63,779 nucleotides of DNA, filler included, from Hausera hauseri (GCA_046269625.1; 11 parts of 11 records of this genome joined end to end with filler, not necessarily neighbours in it); one strand, 5' to 3'; positions 1 to 12,399 are shown, numbered from the whole stretch's first letter. The notes: generated from the letters alone by a model not told the origin. Program-made: numbers and translations.

Positions 1-2
1 AA

Positions 3-194
3 ATTGGAAATAGAAAGAGGAATTTACTAAAGTATCGAAAACGACTCGTTAGCCTTGCCAACGCTCGTAGTAAACGACTAAAACGAAAGGTCATGTACCT
101 GCAAGATGGAGGATTCCTTGGTGCAATTCTACCGCTTCTCACGTCATTACTGGATGGTCTTATTGGTACTGCTGTAACATATTATAAACAGTGA
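3..194 (+). CDS. 3' part of a small basic Maverick/adintovirus protein resembling adenovirus pX/mu (open at window start)
   Basis: Frame 3 reads IGNRKRNLLKYRKRLVSLANARSKRLKRKVMYLQDGGFLGAILPLLTSLLDGLIGTAVTYYKQ*. A basic stretch followed by QxGGFL plus an amphipathic helix, directly upstream of a Maverick integrase. Not in the ORF track. Confidence 0.7.
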   Translation: MGNRKRNLLKYRKRLVSLANARSKRLKRKVMYLQDGGFLGAILPLLTSLLDGLIGTAVTYYKQ

Positions 195-299
195 CGGTAA
201 GTATATGGTGATTTGCGATATGGGTGCATGGTTTTCATCTTTCTGTCCCGGTTTACCGAATCTTTCATTTACGTCTCAAGCAAATTGTTGTAACACAAG

Positions 300-1349
300 G
301 AAAACCGACACCATCGACGACAACGATTGGCGACGTGTGGTTCGATCCGCGTCATCCCGTCAGATATACTAGCGTCGAAAAACTGACAAAGACTGTCAAA
401 CAGACTCGGCAACAGACCCAACGTTTGCTCGGGAAAAAGTTAGCATACAGCCTAAAAAACCAATAAGAAAGGGATTTCAAACTCGTGCATACCGTGCCAC
501 CGGTGTAATTAACGTATGGCAAATGGATCTGATGGAAATGATTCCGCACGCCAGAATTAGCGATGGGTATCGTACGTGGTGACATGCGTTGATGTGCTTA
601 GTCGTTTTGCACATGCAATTACCGTGAAATCTAAATCTGGTAAAGAGATTGCCGTCGCTGTTCAGACACTGATACAACAACAACCGAAACATTTACAAAC
701 AGATTTGGGTAAGGAATTCTACAACGCCCATGTTGCAGCGGTCTTAAAACCGTTCGGCGTAAACCACTACTTGGTGTTTTCCCAATACAAGGCGGCATTT
801 GTTGAACAATTTAATCGAACATTTCGCGGTGGCCTAAACAAATTCTTTACAAAGCAAGGCAACAAACACTGGGTAGATGTACTGCCGGATATTATTCATG
901 CATACAATCATTCGACACATCGTGGTATCAATGGATTACGACCGGTTGACGTAATCCATGATTTAGACATGCAGCTTTATCAAAACACCAACTGACAACA
1001 AGGACGTCGTCACCCAAAATATAAAATCGGTGCTTACGTACCTATTTCGAAAATAAGTACGACGCCATTCATTAAGAATTTCAATCAGAACTGGAGAGAC
1101 GAGGTTTTCCGCATTTCGGCAATCAACACAAAACAAACACCTGTCATGTACGTTTCAGAAGATGAAAATGGTGAGGAAATACGCGGTAAATTCTACAACT
1201 ATGAACTAAAAGTACTACAGGAAAAACCTGATGTGTATCGTATTTCGGAAATTCTACGTTCACGCAGCAAAGGTTCGAATAATCAATATTTCGTCAAATT
1301 GCACGGATACACTACACCGAGTTGGATTTTTGCATTTCAAATTGAGTGA
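300..1349 (+). pseudogene. Maverick/Polinton retroviral-like (DDE) integrase with C-terminal chromodomain-like region; frameshifts and stops
   Basis: WFDPRHP..AYSL N-terminus; WQMDLMEM (D1), HLQTDLGKEF (D2), VEQFNRTF (E), YNHSTHR, KYKIGAYVPIS, IRGKFYNYEL, YRISEILRSR..QYFVKLHGY..SWI. Confidence 0.92.
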
Positions 1350-2206
1350 TGAGCACTTATTTGATACTTGATAGTAACAGATTATCAGAACATGACAACA
1401 ACAGCAATACCGCTGAACGGTTTACCATGGTGTTGGACCAGCCGCTCGACTTACGCCAGGGAGTCTGGGAAGTGGCTTTGGTGGAATTCACGTTTACATT
1501 TTCACCAATAACAATACGTGAGAACATTGGAATATACTATACTCTACTAAGACAATCTCCTGCATCTAGTCGTTTGCAGTTAATCCGAGACTCTAATGGA
1601 ACATTTCACGTTCGCAATTACAAGTGGCAATATTTTGCGGTTTATATCTTTTATGTAAACAATTGATTGGCGCTAAAACACAAACATCCGATTGAATTGC
1701 AATTTAAATCACTATCCGACACTCAGGCATGGGATTTTCAATCTGTCAATGTGCACTCGAAAGGTCTACAGCTCGGTGGACATAGTATAATCAGTGAAAA
1801 ATTAAACTTTTCCGAAAAAACCATGAAAACCACCGTTATTACAGTTAACTGGCAAAAAGACTGAATCATTCTTTTACTCTCATACAAGAGGAACTGGTTT
1901 TCTTACGGAAACGAAAACAGAATTCGGTCAAACCGGCGGCGGACGGCAAACCACGTCTCTACGAAGCATTCTATCGAATCTATATTTTGACGGATCTAAC
2001 CAAACCCGTATATGTTGGCGGAGACCGTAAACAACCCCATTCGAAACTGCTCGCGTAAATATCATCCGGCCCATGTATTTATCGTTGTCTCACAATGTTG
2101 TGCACAGATTTCCATGTATATAGTAGACGAATTTTAGAAACCCATTAAATTTCTGTTCGGGTCAACGACACATTTGACGTTACATTTTCGACGTCGTGAA
2201 CGTTGA
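1346..2206 (+). pseudogene. Maverick minor capsid (penton-like) protein, copy 1
   Basis: N-terminal YLILDSN..NT..RFTMVLDQPLDLRQGVWEVALVEF. C-terminal RIYILTDLTKPVYVGG, PMYLSLS and KPIKF..GSTTHLTLHFRRR* in shifted frames. Confidence 0.8.
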
Positions 2207-2257
2207 TAATAAACAAACTGCGTCATCACAATCATCATCATCATCATCATCGAGATC

Positions 2258-3327
2258 ATGAATATTTACACGGTGTTGCCGAGCAACAGTTGTCCGACGA
2301 CTCGTCCGAACAATTCAGCCAGTGAATACGTTGTAAATTGGAAGAAGCCTTTGGATTTATGTGGAAAATGGGAGGTTGCACTGACGGAATTTATCTTTCC
2401 CTATGCACTGGTAACATTAAAAGCTAGTACGAAAATAATGTACAACAAGACTGTTACTGAAACCAAAACACATTCTTGTCCTCTGACACTTACTAACAAT
2501 AAAATAGCAGTTGGAGAATCGGCCATTTACACGACCAGTACAAATTTCAGTGTATACGGCAAGAACGGTGTTTTTATTTTACGAACAAACTTACATTTTG
2601 TGGCAAATTTTGAATTTACTGTCACCTTTGAATCCTCTGAGATGGCGCAGAAATTCGGATTCAAAAATATAGAATACAAAGGTAAAGATATTAAAAGTGA
2701 ATATGCACTTGCTCCAAGATTAAGTTCCGTATATTACCAGACAACAGTGAAATTTACCTATACAACAGAAAGGGTGTCAACATCATACGTATCGACTGGA
2801 GTCAATGTCTATTGCGAATTTGTAGCACATCTCTGTCAACACTTCTTCAAATCAAAAGTACAAGGAGATATTTAAAGTTTTCGAGTCAGATGCAAATGAG
2901 TACATTAAATTTGAACTGGCTAAGGATATTGTCGACATTTCATTGGACAAATCTTTGGCCATGGTATTGGGTTTTTAAAAACAATGGTTTAAGGCGAACA
3001 CAAAGACGGCACATGTCGCAACACTTAAACCCAAAAACTGAAAACTAGAATAAGTCAAATATACATTTATATGAACGTTACCAAACCGATTTTGGTGGGT
3101 GGAATACGTGTACCGCTACTCCGTGAAATTTAACCGGAAAGCAACAATATACTGATGGTGACAATGTCATTGTCAAGCTAGATAATCCAATGTACCTACC
3201 TTTGGCAACTACATTTATAAACAATGTTGAAGTGAATATCCAATGTGACTCGGGCATTCTTATTGAATTTCCATACGGTACCACAACCAGTATAACTATT
3301 TATGTCCGTCGAAACCAACATGATTGA
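2258..3327 (+). pseudogene. Maverick minor capsid (penton-like) protein, copy 2
   Basis: MNIYTVLPSNSCPTTRPNNSASEYVVNWKKPLDLCGKWEVALTEF. C-terminal IYIYMNVTKPILVGGIRVPLLREI and NPMYLPLATTFINNVEVNIQCDSGILIEFPYGTT. Confidence 0.82.
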
Positions 3328-3676
3328 TTCTGAAATCGTTTTCATTTACAGTAAACCTCAGCAGGGAGGTAAACTGCCGTATTTCGTTGGTAAACAGTAT
3401 GGCTCTAGATGGTTGCATACATTGACAAGCTTAGAATTTCCGATGTTGAAGCGTATTGGAGCCGTGGAAGCAAAAACAACACAGGACGTACTACATGAAA
3501 ACAAATGGATTTTACCATTACTGAAGTAACCCGCCTTGACAGAACTAAAAAACACTGTACCAGGAGTCGTTGAATCGGTCAGAAAATAATTCTCCGGTAG
3601 TGGCTTGAGAAAACGTGGTAGATCAGTAAACTTTTCAACCATAAACGAACGTCGTCGTCGTACCATTTTCGATTGA
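3320..3676 (+). pseudogene. Conserved small Maverick core-type protein (QxGG / QxG motifs, basic C-terminus); two in-frame stops
   Basis: MIDSEIVFIYSKPQQGGKLPYFVGKQYGSRWL..FPMLKRIG...SGSGLRKRGR..RRRRTIFD*. Lies between the minor and major capsid genes, as in Mavericks. Confidence 0.65.
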
Positions 3677-3699
3677 TTGATTGACAGACAGACAGACAA

Positions 3700-4886
3700 A
3701 TGGAACCTGTAAAATCTGAATTGTGTATATTCGACATAGCCGCATCACAAGTTGTTATTGACAATGAAGCATTTGAAGAAATCTACCCCGTTGATTCGGT
3801 TTCAACGGACGGTAACTTTGACATTCAATTCAACATTATGGCATCGGACAATGAATATCTCGATTTCAATGACACGCTACAGTGTGTAAAATTCATTGTT
3901 AAAAATGATTCTTCAACGGTTCTCGCTGCAACAAACACTGTCACACCGGTCAATTACTTTTTCCTCACACTGTTCCAGGATGCTTTATTGACTCTAAACA
4001 GCGTCAAAATTGAAAGCAACACCAGTCTATAGAGTATCAAAGCTCTCATTGAAACGGGTCTGAATTGCAGTACAGACCCGAAAACAACTCATTTGACGAA
4101 AACCATCGGATGTGATGCCACTGCAGCAAACTGTCAGGCATGGGTGGCAGAATCAAAAGCGCTTACAATATGTGGACTGCTGTGTTTGACTTTTTCGATC
4201 AGCCAAAATACCTACTGCCCGGTGTTAAAGCCAGGATTCGGCTCAAACGCAGCAACAATGTATTTTCTTTGAAAACTGCAGTTGAAAATCTTAAACCCAT
4301 ACTGAAAATTGCCGAGGCACGATTATACGTACGTTGTGTNNNNNNNNNNTTGGGCTTGGAAACACAAAATGCTTGTTTTCTATTACAACGCATAGAACTC
4401 GCCTTTTACACCATACCCAGAGGTTCAAGTACGTTTTACAGAGATGCACTGTTTGGTGACATGCGATTGCCGAAATTTGTGCTTGTTTCATTTCAAACGA
4501 CTGCTCAACAAGAGGGCAGTTATACCACCTATTCGGAAACATTTGTCTGTAGCAATGTGAATTACATCAGTTTGGGTAAGAATGCAAATTTCGTTGAGGC
4601 ATACAATCAGGATTTCGAGACCGGCGATTTTGTTTGCACATATATGCAGTCTATCGTATGCAACATTGGTTTACCGAACAAAAATGTCAACAATGGCATA
4701 TCGATGTATTTATTCAAGTCCACCTCTCCTTTCTTTACCTTTGTCCTGACTCCGGATTATGACGTTGAACAGACTCAACTACCTCAGCAGGGAAACATGA
4801 GACTGGAGCAATCTACTGTTATGTACAATTACGGTGTATTTGATGCCAAGGTTGAAATAACGAAAAACGGATCCGACACTGTATAA
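3700..4886 (+). pseudogene. Maverick major capsid protein (double jelly-roll); stop, frameshift and 10-N gap
   Basis: KSELCIFD..SQ..I....EEIYP, IQFNI...EYLDFNDT, PVNYFFLTLF, DFFDQPKYLLPGV..RIRLKRS, ARLYVR, RLPKFVLVSF, FTFVLTPD, GNMRLE. Confidence 0.9.
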
Positions 4887-4967
4887 AAAATCCGCTGTGT
4901 TTCACGTTTTCTTCGTCTTCGTCTTCTTCGTCGTACTACTAAGTAATTTATTTTGATAACTACCATT

Positions 4968-5310
4968 ATGCTTCAATCACATTTTACATTTAGCTCCACT
5001 GAGCTGAGTCACTATGGAAAACTGCTCTTTGGCGCACAATTTCGTGGCGTGTTTCCACTGGACTGTGTGCCGCATGGTTTACGACAAAGTGGCAACTTCA
5101 TTGTCAATGCACACACTTCATCGTTGCCGGGCGAACATTGGATTGCTGTGTAAGTCCATCTAACCGTCGTCAGAGTATTTGATCCGCTCGGATTTTACTA
5201 TTCGTCATCGTTAGTTTCTCAAACTGAAAGGCAATCATTATCATCATTATCGGCATCCAATGACTATACTGTGTGGACATTACTGCCTATTGTGGCTTAC
5301 ATTACAATCA
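4968..5310 (+). pseudogene. Maverick adenain-like cysteine protease
   Basis: FRGVFPLD, FIVNAHTSSLPGEHWIAV (His), VFDPLG (Asp), CGHYCLLWL (Cys; shifted frame near 5272-5298). Confidence 0.88.
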
Positions 5311-5459
5311 TTTTTGTGTAAATTGTTTTGTGAAATATATTTTATTTTGTTGCTGTTGTTGATGCTTTTGTTTGTATGTGTGTTGTGAAATTCCGTTACG
5401 ACAAACGATTATCGGTTTTATAAGCAAAAAACAAAACTTGAAACGTGATATTTTACAAT

Positions 5460-5993
5460 AATGATGATGACGATTTTGAACGACAATTTTCACCGACTTA
5501 CAATCGTCTGATCGTGAGGCGGTTATAATATGAAATGCTCAACTATCGATGGGCTACGTGCTAAACTCATTTCCACCATCTCCTGACTTGTGCAAGGGGA
5601 AATGTTGCCAGTTTGACTTTTTTCCCATTGGCTTTTCCCCATGTACCCATGGTCAGACAACGTTGCAACCGTATCCATTGCAATCGCCAATATCGATTTA
5701 CCCTTGTACACATTTTCTGAGTGCTAGCAACATGTTTTCCGTTATACGTGACACATTTTCTGTTTTGCTTCTTCCTCTTCTAGTGCTTCTCCCTCACATT
5801 TTAGGTATACCCCACCTATATCAACTTTTGCTCACCTCGTCAAGCGCTATTGATATCATTTTGTTCAAAGTTCATTGCTCGACCTCCTTTTCGGCCAAGG
5901 GGTGCTTCAGCGAAATTTTAGTCAAATGAGGTGAGGAAAAGTGGTTTTCCGACCAATCAGAAAAGTGCGGTAGAAATGAAACATCTACCTACT
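5460..5993 (-). repeat. Maverick terminal repeat (right end), terminus 5'-AGTAGGTAG on the - strand
   Basis: Follows the protease and ends ACATCTACCTACT at 5993. Homologous to units at 9110-10255 and 58551-59717. Polinton ends are 5'-AG...CT-3' with short terminal repeats. Confidence 0.75.
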
Positions 5994-6737
5994 CAGTGCA
6001 CCTTCTGTATCCGAATTTACAATAACATTAACTAAGTCTCGGAAACCTTCAGGTTGCTACACAAGTAAATAAAGTTTATGTTCGAGATTGAGCGACCAAA
6101 ACCATCTTCGATCTATAAACGTAACACTATGTTACTGCCGCATTTTATAAACTTTCATTGGCCACTATTCGATTGCTTCCCTAGTTAGTCGTCAAACCAA
6201 TCTGATAGAACATTCTAGACTAAATTTACATAGTAAGAGTTTTCATCAATTCATATTTTCAATCTGTTTTTAAAAATCTAACAGAAATACAAATTTTGTT
6301 TGAGTATTTCTATATTCGAATCCATTTATATAGATACTTTCACAAAACTGGTCATTGAACTACTTTTATTCCACTCAAAGTTAACAATGTGTCTTTTGCA
6401 ACATTAACTACTTTGGAATTGACAAGTACTACGAAATTTTATAACGCTTGTAAACTCGTACTCCATCCACAGTATTCACTCTGTAGTCTCTTTGATATTC
6501 TAAACAAAATCTGAAGTGATTCAATTCGCTAAAACGAAATCGAGCAAACATCAAATAACTTTATAAAACGTTGATTTTAGTTTTACAAGGAACACACCAA
6601 AACTGTGAAAAGTAAAGTTGACTGACCGATAACAACGTTTATTTTGATTTATTAATACTATTGCAAAAATTTTCGCTGCCGAGTAATTCACGTAATCAAC
6701 AGAAAATTTAAATTTAGGAATTGCATTATTTTTTTAA

Positions 6738-6837
6738 NNNNNNNNNNNNNNNNNNNNNNNNNNNNNNNNNNNNNNNNNNNNTTAATTAATTAANNNNNNN
6801 NNNNNNNNNNNNNNNNNNNNNNNNNNNNNNNNNNNNN
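6738..6837. other. Artificial contig spacer (44 N + TTAATTAATTAA + 44 N); identical spacers at 15404-15503, 20835-20934, 25419-25518, 35182-35281, 40403-40502, 44613-44712, 49810-49909, 54934-55033, 59718-59817
   Basis: Ten identical 100-nt blocks with a six-frame stop linker. Confidence 0.98.
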
Positions 6838-7336
6838 ATCAAGACTTGTTGATGCTTGACGTCTCATGCTTGTTGAGGGAATACTGCTTTTTGCTGCCTT
6901 CATTAATATTTCCTTTTTGGACCTCTGAAACTGGTTCAAATGCTCCTTGTGCTCATTATAAAATTGTTCTTAGTTGATGTCATCAACTTTAGAACAAGCG
7001 GTATATACATAGGCCCGTTTACCATGCACTATTGTTGCGCCATAGTATTACTCCATTGCACTATGGCAACCATCAACATTGTGCACTGTACTTGTACAGT
7101 AACGTGGATACATGGGGCAATGCACTTGCATCATCTTTTTTGACCGTGTAAATGGTCCGAGATGATGCTTGTGCATTTCATAAAAATCGAGGTACGAACA
7201 TTGGGCTGAAATATTACACATCGGACACAGATATGCGTCCCTGTTTACTTGCTAATATTTTGCCATCTGTTGTTGGTACTGTTCTTCCTCCTCATGTATG
7301 CGAGAGACACCATACATGGGATACTGATTACACTTC
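6838..7336 (-). pseudogene. Decayed ORF with two C2H2-like (CxxC..F...HxxH) repeats; probable Maverick accessory gene
   Basis: One minus frame with three stops reads RDAYLCPMCNISAQCSYLDFYEMHKHHLGPFTRSKK ... KRAYVYTACSKVDDIN*EQFYNEHKEHLNQFQRSKK. Confidence 0.5.
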
Positions 7337-9049
7337 TAAATTTAAACAGATTAACTTTTAAAATAGATTAAAATTATATATAAAATAAATTAAAATGCAT
7401 AAACTCATAAAATTAAACATTAAGCATAACCCCAATTGCCTTACAGTTATAAATGTTTGTTCTCCATGTTTCTACTACTATTATTACTACTACCAATCAA
7501 ATGGAACAATATGTTGAAAGTGAGATTCAGAAAATGACCGATGACATTTTGACCGGACATGTGTTTGATGTACAGTTTTACCTGAGCTCAAAGGAACGAA
7601 AATAATGAGCAGACGAGAATATATTGAATTCGTAGCAAGATCTCTCTTCGTAAAACGTATCGAGGGTGAAATGAGACGAAAACAACAACGAAGTATTAAT
7701 TTCCTCATTGGACTTGTATTTACTGCTTCGCATTGTATTGTAATGAAAAAGTTAATTGACCGTATTTAATCAGAAATTTTGCTATGTTTGTTTTTGTGAA
7801 TCAATATAATTTATTTGTTACATTTCAGTATAAATACCTGTGCTTCTTTACGGTATGACATTACGACATGTCCCATTTAACAGAACTCATTCGTTTATCA
7901 CTCGTTCGACGGTCTCCGGAATCACCTTTACAATCTCGATCGACCTGTACATGATGCACGATACTGTTCGTTCGAAGAGGTACTCCGGCGTGCTGAGGAG
8001 AATTGAAGGGCACGAGAAGCTTATCTACATCATATGAAGTAGGTTGTTTGTAACATGGATACGAAATTCGTCCAGACTTTTCGCACTTATCAGAAATTGG
8101 CGTCGGATGACAATCCACGTCAAATACGGTTTGTGGAAGATTTTGTCAGTGGTGATTCCAACATTCAACATGGCAGTCAGCAGATCGGATTTGTTTCCAG
8201 CATTATTGCAATGTAACTAATTCCGTTGTACTCGTTCATTCTCGTGCTGAATTGGTTAATGCGTGTAGTTTGTGGTAGTGGCGATGGTGGTAGTGTTCCG
8301 ACTTTATCATTATTGAAGACTCGGGTTTAGTTGTACTACATAAATAGAAAATAAAAGTTTGATATGGACTTGATTGTGCTTACGTAAGTCAAACAACATT
8401 ATACGAACAAAACAAAAGTGATCATGGGTAAAGTTACATAAAAGCAGTTAATAATCCATAATTCTACGACACACGCACGCGGAGAGGGGGTCGATTGTTC
8501 TGATGTAACAGAATATTTAAATACAAATACCGATCGTGTATGTCCATTTATACAGACTTACTGGATTACTTTATGTACACTATGTACGACAGTGCATTGC
8601 TTTATTTCTTGGTTTTACTTACTTCATGTATACTTTTCTCCACAGACACATGATTGACACGAAAAACAAGGTTTCAGAAATATAAATGTGAATAATAATA
8701 AAACAAATAACATTTAATTAGAATTATTATTCAATAATTTTAAACTTACATGGTTTCTGACCATTGATCGAAATACAAATAACTTTAATCTATCTATGAA
8801 GTACATATATTTCATTGTTTGGCATACATCTTATCATTGTCTGACCATTCAATTCGTCGATTAACTTAAGTGTTTGTGTGTGCATGTGCTAGCAATCTGT
8901 GTCACGTTATGTTTCATTTCTTCATTGTCAACGCACATACACTTCATCACTGATCGAACAAATCATGAGAAATAATGATATGTCACAATCATTCTCCTTG
9001 TGAGTAGTATTACTCAATTATGAGTTCGTCGTACAAAATAAAATTCACA

Positions 9050-10255
9050 CGACATTTTACAAGACGAACGAACGAACGAACGAATGCATTTACAACGATG
9101 ATGATGATGATGACTTTGACTTTTTAACAGTGTTTTTTCGTTGAATTTTTCACCGGGATCTACTGGCATGATCGCGAGGCGGCTATAATAGGAAATGCTC
9201 AACTACTTATGGGCTACGTGCTCAACCTATTTCCACAACCAGCAGACTTGAATAATGGGAAATTTCTAGAGTTTGAAATTTCCCCATCAATTTTTCCCCA
9301 TATTCCCATGATCAGACAACGTTGAAATTGTGCGCATTCGATTCCCCGATATTGATTTGACATTTGCACCAAATATTGCGCCATTCGTAACTCGTGTCTC
9401 GTTTCTCATAAAACATTTCCTGTTTTGATTCTTTTGCTTCTAGCGACGCTCAGTAATATTTTCGACTAACGCCGCGCTAGAACATTTTTCTCGCCTCATC
9501 CAGCTCTACCGATTGCCGCTGGTGACATGTACGACATGTGACATATGCTTCCGGCTGGGGGGGGTCTCCGACCACAAAACATGAAATGCTTAGAATTGCG
9601 AGATAGGTGGGGAAAACTGGTTTCCAGCTCGATCTGAGCATTTTTTGGGAAGTGGCTAGGAGAGGACACTTCTACCTACTATGATGATTTTGACTTTAGC
9701 ATTACGCTTTTTTCGGTTCGTTCGTTTGATTGCATTTTTCACCCCGATACATTGGTCTGATCGTGAGGCGGCTATAATATAAAATTTTCTCCAACTTACG
9801 GAAAATGTACTAGACCAATTTCCGTCACCGGCAGACTTGAACATTGGGAAACTTTATCCGTTTGAAATTTTCCCATCGACTTTTCCCCATGTTCCCATGG
9901 TCTGACCGACTTGCAATAATGTCCATTGCAATCACCATTATCGATTTACGCCTCGTACACATTTTCTCAGTGCTAGCAACATGTTTCACGTTATACGTGG
10001 AGCATTTCCTGTTTTGCTTATTCCTCTTCTAGCGCCTCTCCCTTACATTTCTCTAAGCCGCACCTCTGTTAACTTTTGCTCACCTCGTCACGCGCTATCG
10101 ATATCATCTGCTCCGAACCTCTTTGCTCGACCTCATTTTCGGAGGATGAGTCGTGAGAAAATTTTAGTGAAATGTTCAGAATAGCCAATAATGTGGGGAA
10201 AACTGGTCGGCGGACCAATCAGAGAAGTGCGGTGGAGCGCTCACTTCTACCTACT
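9050..10255 (-). repeat. Double Maverick-type terminus: inner unit A (ends 9680) and outer unit B (9681-10255), each ending CTACCTACT
   Basis: Two diverged ~570-bp paralogous units in tandem. The same pair occurs in reverse complement at 58551-59717. Confidence 0.8.
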
Positions 10256-10524
10256 GGCAGAGTGCTGTGAAGTAATAATACTCGATCAGTTGAAAACTTG
10301 ACTCCAGTTCCGAAGGACTATTACAGTTGAGATTGAAAGTGAATTCGATACAAATTTGGGTTCTTTTCTTCAAATCGAAAATCGTCCTGACGCTGTACTT
10401 CACTACTTGTTGTGGTTAATACATTTTGATATTTAAACTCATCATATAGTTTTTTATCGCTCATTAAGGGGAATTTGGCAAACCTTCAGTCGTAAAATCT
10501 AAGTTCAATTATATATAATTCGAA

Positions 10525-12338
10525 AGTAGGTAGAAAATGGGAAGTCTGCACCACCCCTCCTCCGGGGGTGGTGTACAAATCGATAAATCAATTTGCACGT
10601 GCCAATCGATAGTGCACATGGAGCACTATCGATCGGTAGTGCTCTAGGTGATTAATCACCTTGAAGTTCTCAGTGAAACAACATATGCACACCTGATTTT
10701 ATCGATTATCGAGTAATTGACTATTCGACGTGTGAACCGATATTCGAAGTTCTGACATCATAATCTGACTCCTCATGTATGTTTCCTTACTTACCTACGC
10801 TTAAAGATTTATCGATTCTTGCCCCATTCACTTTGAAAATCAAGTTAATTTAGGCACACACGCACGTACTTGTGAATTTTTTCAATGTTAATTTACTCTG
10901 TAACAATTTATCGAACATGGCCAATTTTAGTTTTGTACAAGGTTTTGACACATGGAGAATCGATTAAAGTCATCAGATTTTTCGAATAATTTACACCTGA
11001 GCGATTTTTTAAGTTCAATTCGATAATTAATCGATATCGAATAATGTATTTGATAATATGGAATCGGATTCGGATTCTCCATACATGCTTTCCTATCTGT
11101 ATGCTCTGTTAGATTTATCGATTTCAAGTGCTTCTCCTTCAATTTCACACTTTAATATTATTCAATTAATTAAAGCAAGCACCATTGAATTACATAATAT
11201 TTATTATGCACCTGTTATTAAACCTTGTTTTTAATACAGCGCAGTGCACCGGAACGCGCCAATTACCATTGCCAAAGGAGTTTTCATATATGGAGAATCG
11301 ACTAAAGTCATCAGATTCTTCGAATAATGCACACTTGACCGAGTATTCGAGTTCGAATACCGAAATCGATATATCTGACTTGCTTTCGAATATCTGACAT
11401 CGGATTCAGATTCTATATATATTGTTTCCTATCTGTGTATGCTTAAAGATTTATTGATTTCAGTATGCTTCATCTCCAATTTTACCCTCAATTGTGCAGT
11501 CAAAATAAGCACCGTTTAATTATTTACTATTTTTATTTACTTTTTACTTGTTTTAATACACAGCGGTGCCCTGAACCGCACCAATATTGATTGCCCTATA
11601 GGTTTTTACATATGGAGAATCGATTAAAGCTATCAGATTCTTCGAATAGTCACCCTTGATCGAGTGTTCGAGTTCGAATAGCTAAATATTCGACTTGGAA
11701 GCTGGAATTCGAATATCTGGCATCATATTTCTATTTATTACATGTGGCATCTTATCCGGCCCCGCTATTAGATTTATCGATTTTTGTTTCACTGGGCTTT
11801 AAATGCACATTTTGCTTAATTGAAATATTGATTTTGTACATATATAGCATATTTTCATGGAATAACTTTAATGTATAAGGGGGCACTCGGACATGAGGAA
11901 TCGATTGCCATCATTAGCTTTTTCCAAAAGTTCGATATTGGATCCAAAAAATTTTCCAATTTTGAATATTCGACTTGATATTCGAGATCGCCATACTCGA
12001 CTTCCTATCTCTTTCCGCTAAATGTTGTATCGAATTTTGACTCCTTAGGACCTAAAAAAACTATGGGAAGTCTACACCAGTTGCACTTTGGATCGATATT
12101 ATTCGAAAACCAATCGATAAATTTAAATTCTAATTGCACATTCACACAGTGCATCGTATTTCCAATCGATGACACCCGGTACCGGGTGCTAATCATCAAT
12201 ATTTGTATTAGCACCGTTGCCTGGCACATTAACGATCGATAGGGCACCATGTGCACTACCGATTCTCACATGTGCGAAATTGATTTATCCATTAACCCCC
12301 ATTCCTGGAGTTGGGAGAACATACATTTTGCCCCTACT
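10525..12338 (+). mobile_element. Non-coding element with AGTAGG...CCTACT termini and internal ~280-340-bp tandem repeats (putative non-autonomous Maverick derivative)
   Basis: Left end AGTAGGTAGAAAATG...GATAAATCAATTTGCAC...TAGTGCACATGG.GC.CTATCGATCG matches the reverse complement of ~12230-12338. Repeat anchors ATG(G/A)(A/G)GAATCGA near 10951, 11289, 11610, 11892. No TSD seen. Confidence 0.65.
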
Positions 12339-12399
12339 TGCCTCGTTTTTACATTTTTTAAATTTTGAATTTTTGTTTATTTTCTAACATTTTGGGACA

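Larger units (their letters stand above)
1..5993 (+). mobile_element. Right portion of a decayed Maverick/Polinton (adintovirus-like) element
   Basis: Ordered pX-like, integrase, two minor capsids, core protein, major capsid, protease, terminal repeat. Confidence 0.9.

Noticed and set aside
5523-5929. ORF-track calls inside terminal repeats (also 9656-10184, 58765-59565, 50142-50632)
   Set aside because: Frames are not conserved among the homologous repeat copies and show no recognisable motifs.
6738-6837. TTAATTAATTAA palindrome recurring ten times
   Set aside because: Always centred in 44+44 N; it is an artificial six-frame-stop joiner, not a biological repeat.
9110-10255. Units A and B as a pair of LTRs
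   Set aside because: No TG...CA ends, PBS or PPT. The ends are AG...CT type and one copy directly follows a Maverick protease.
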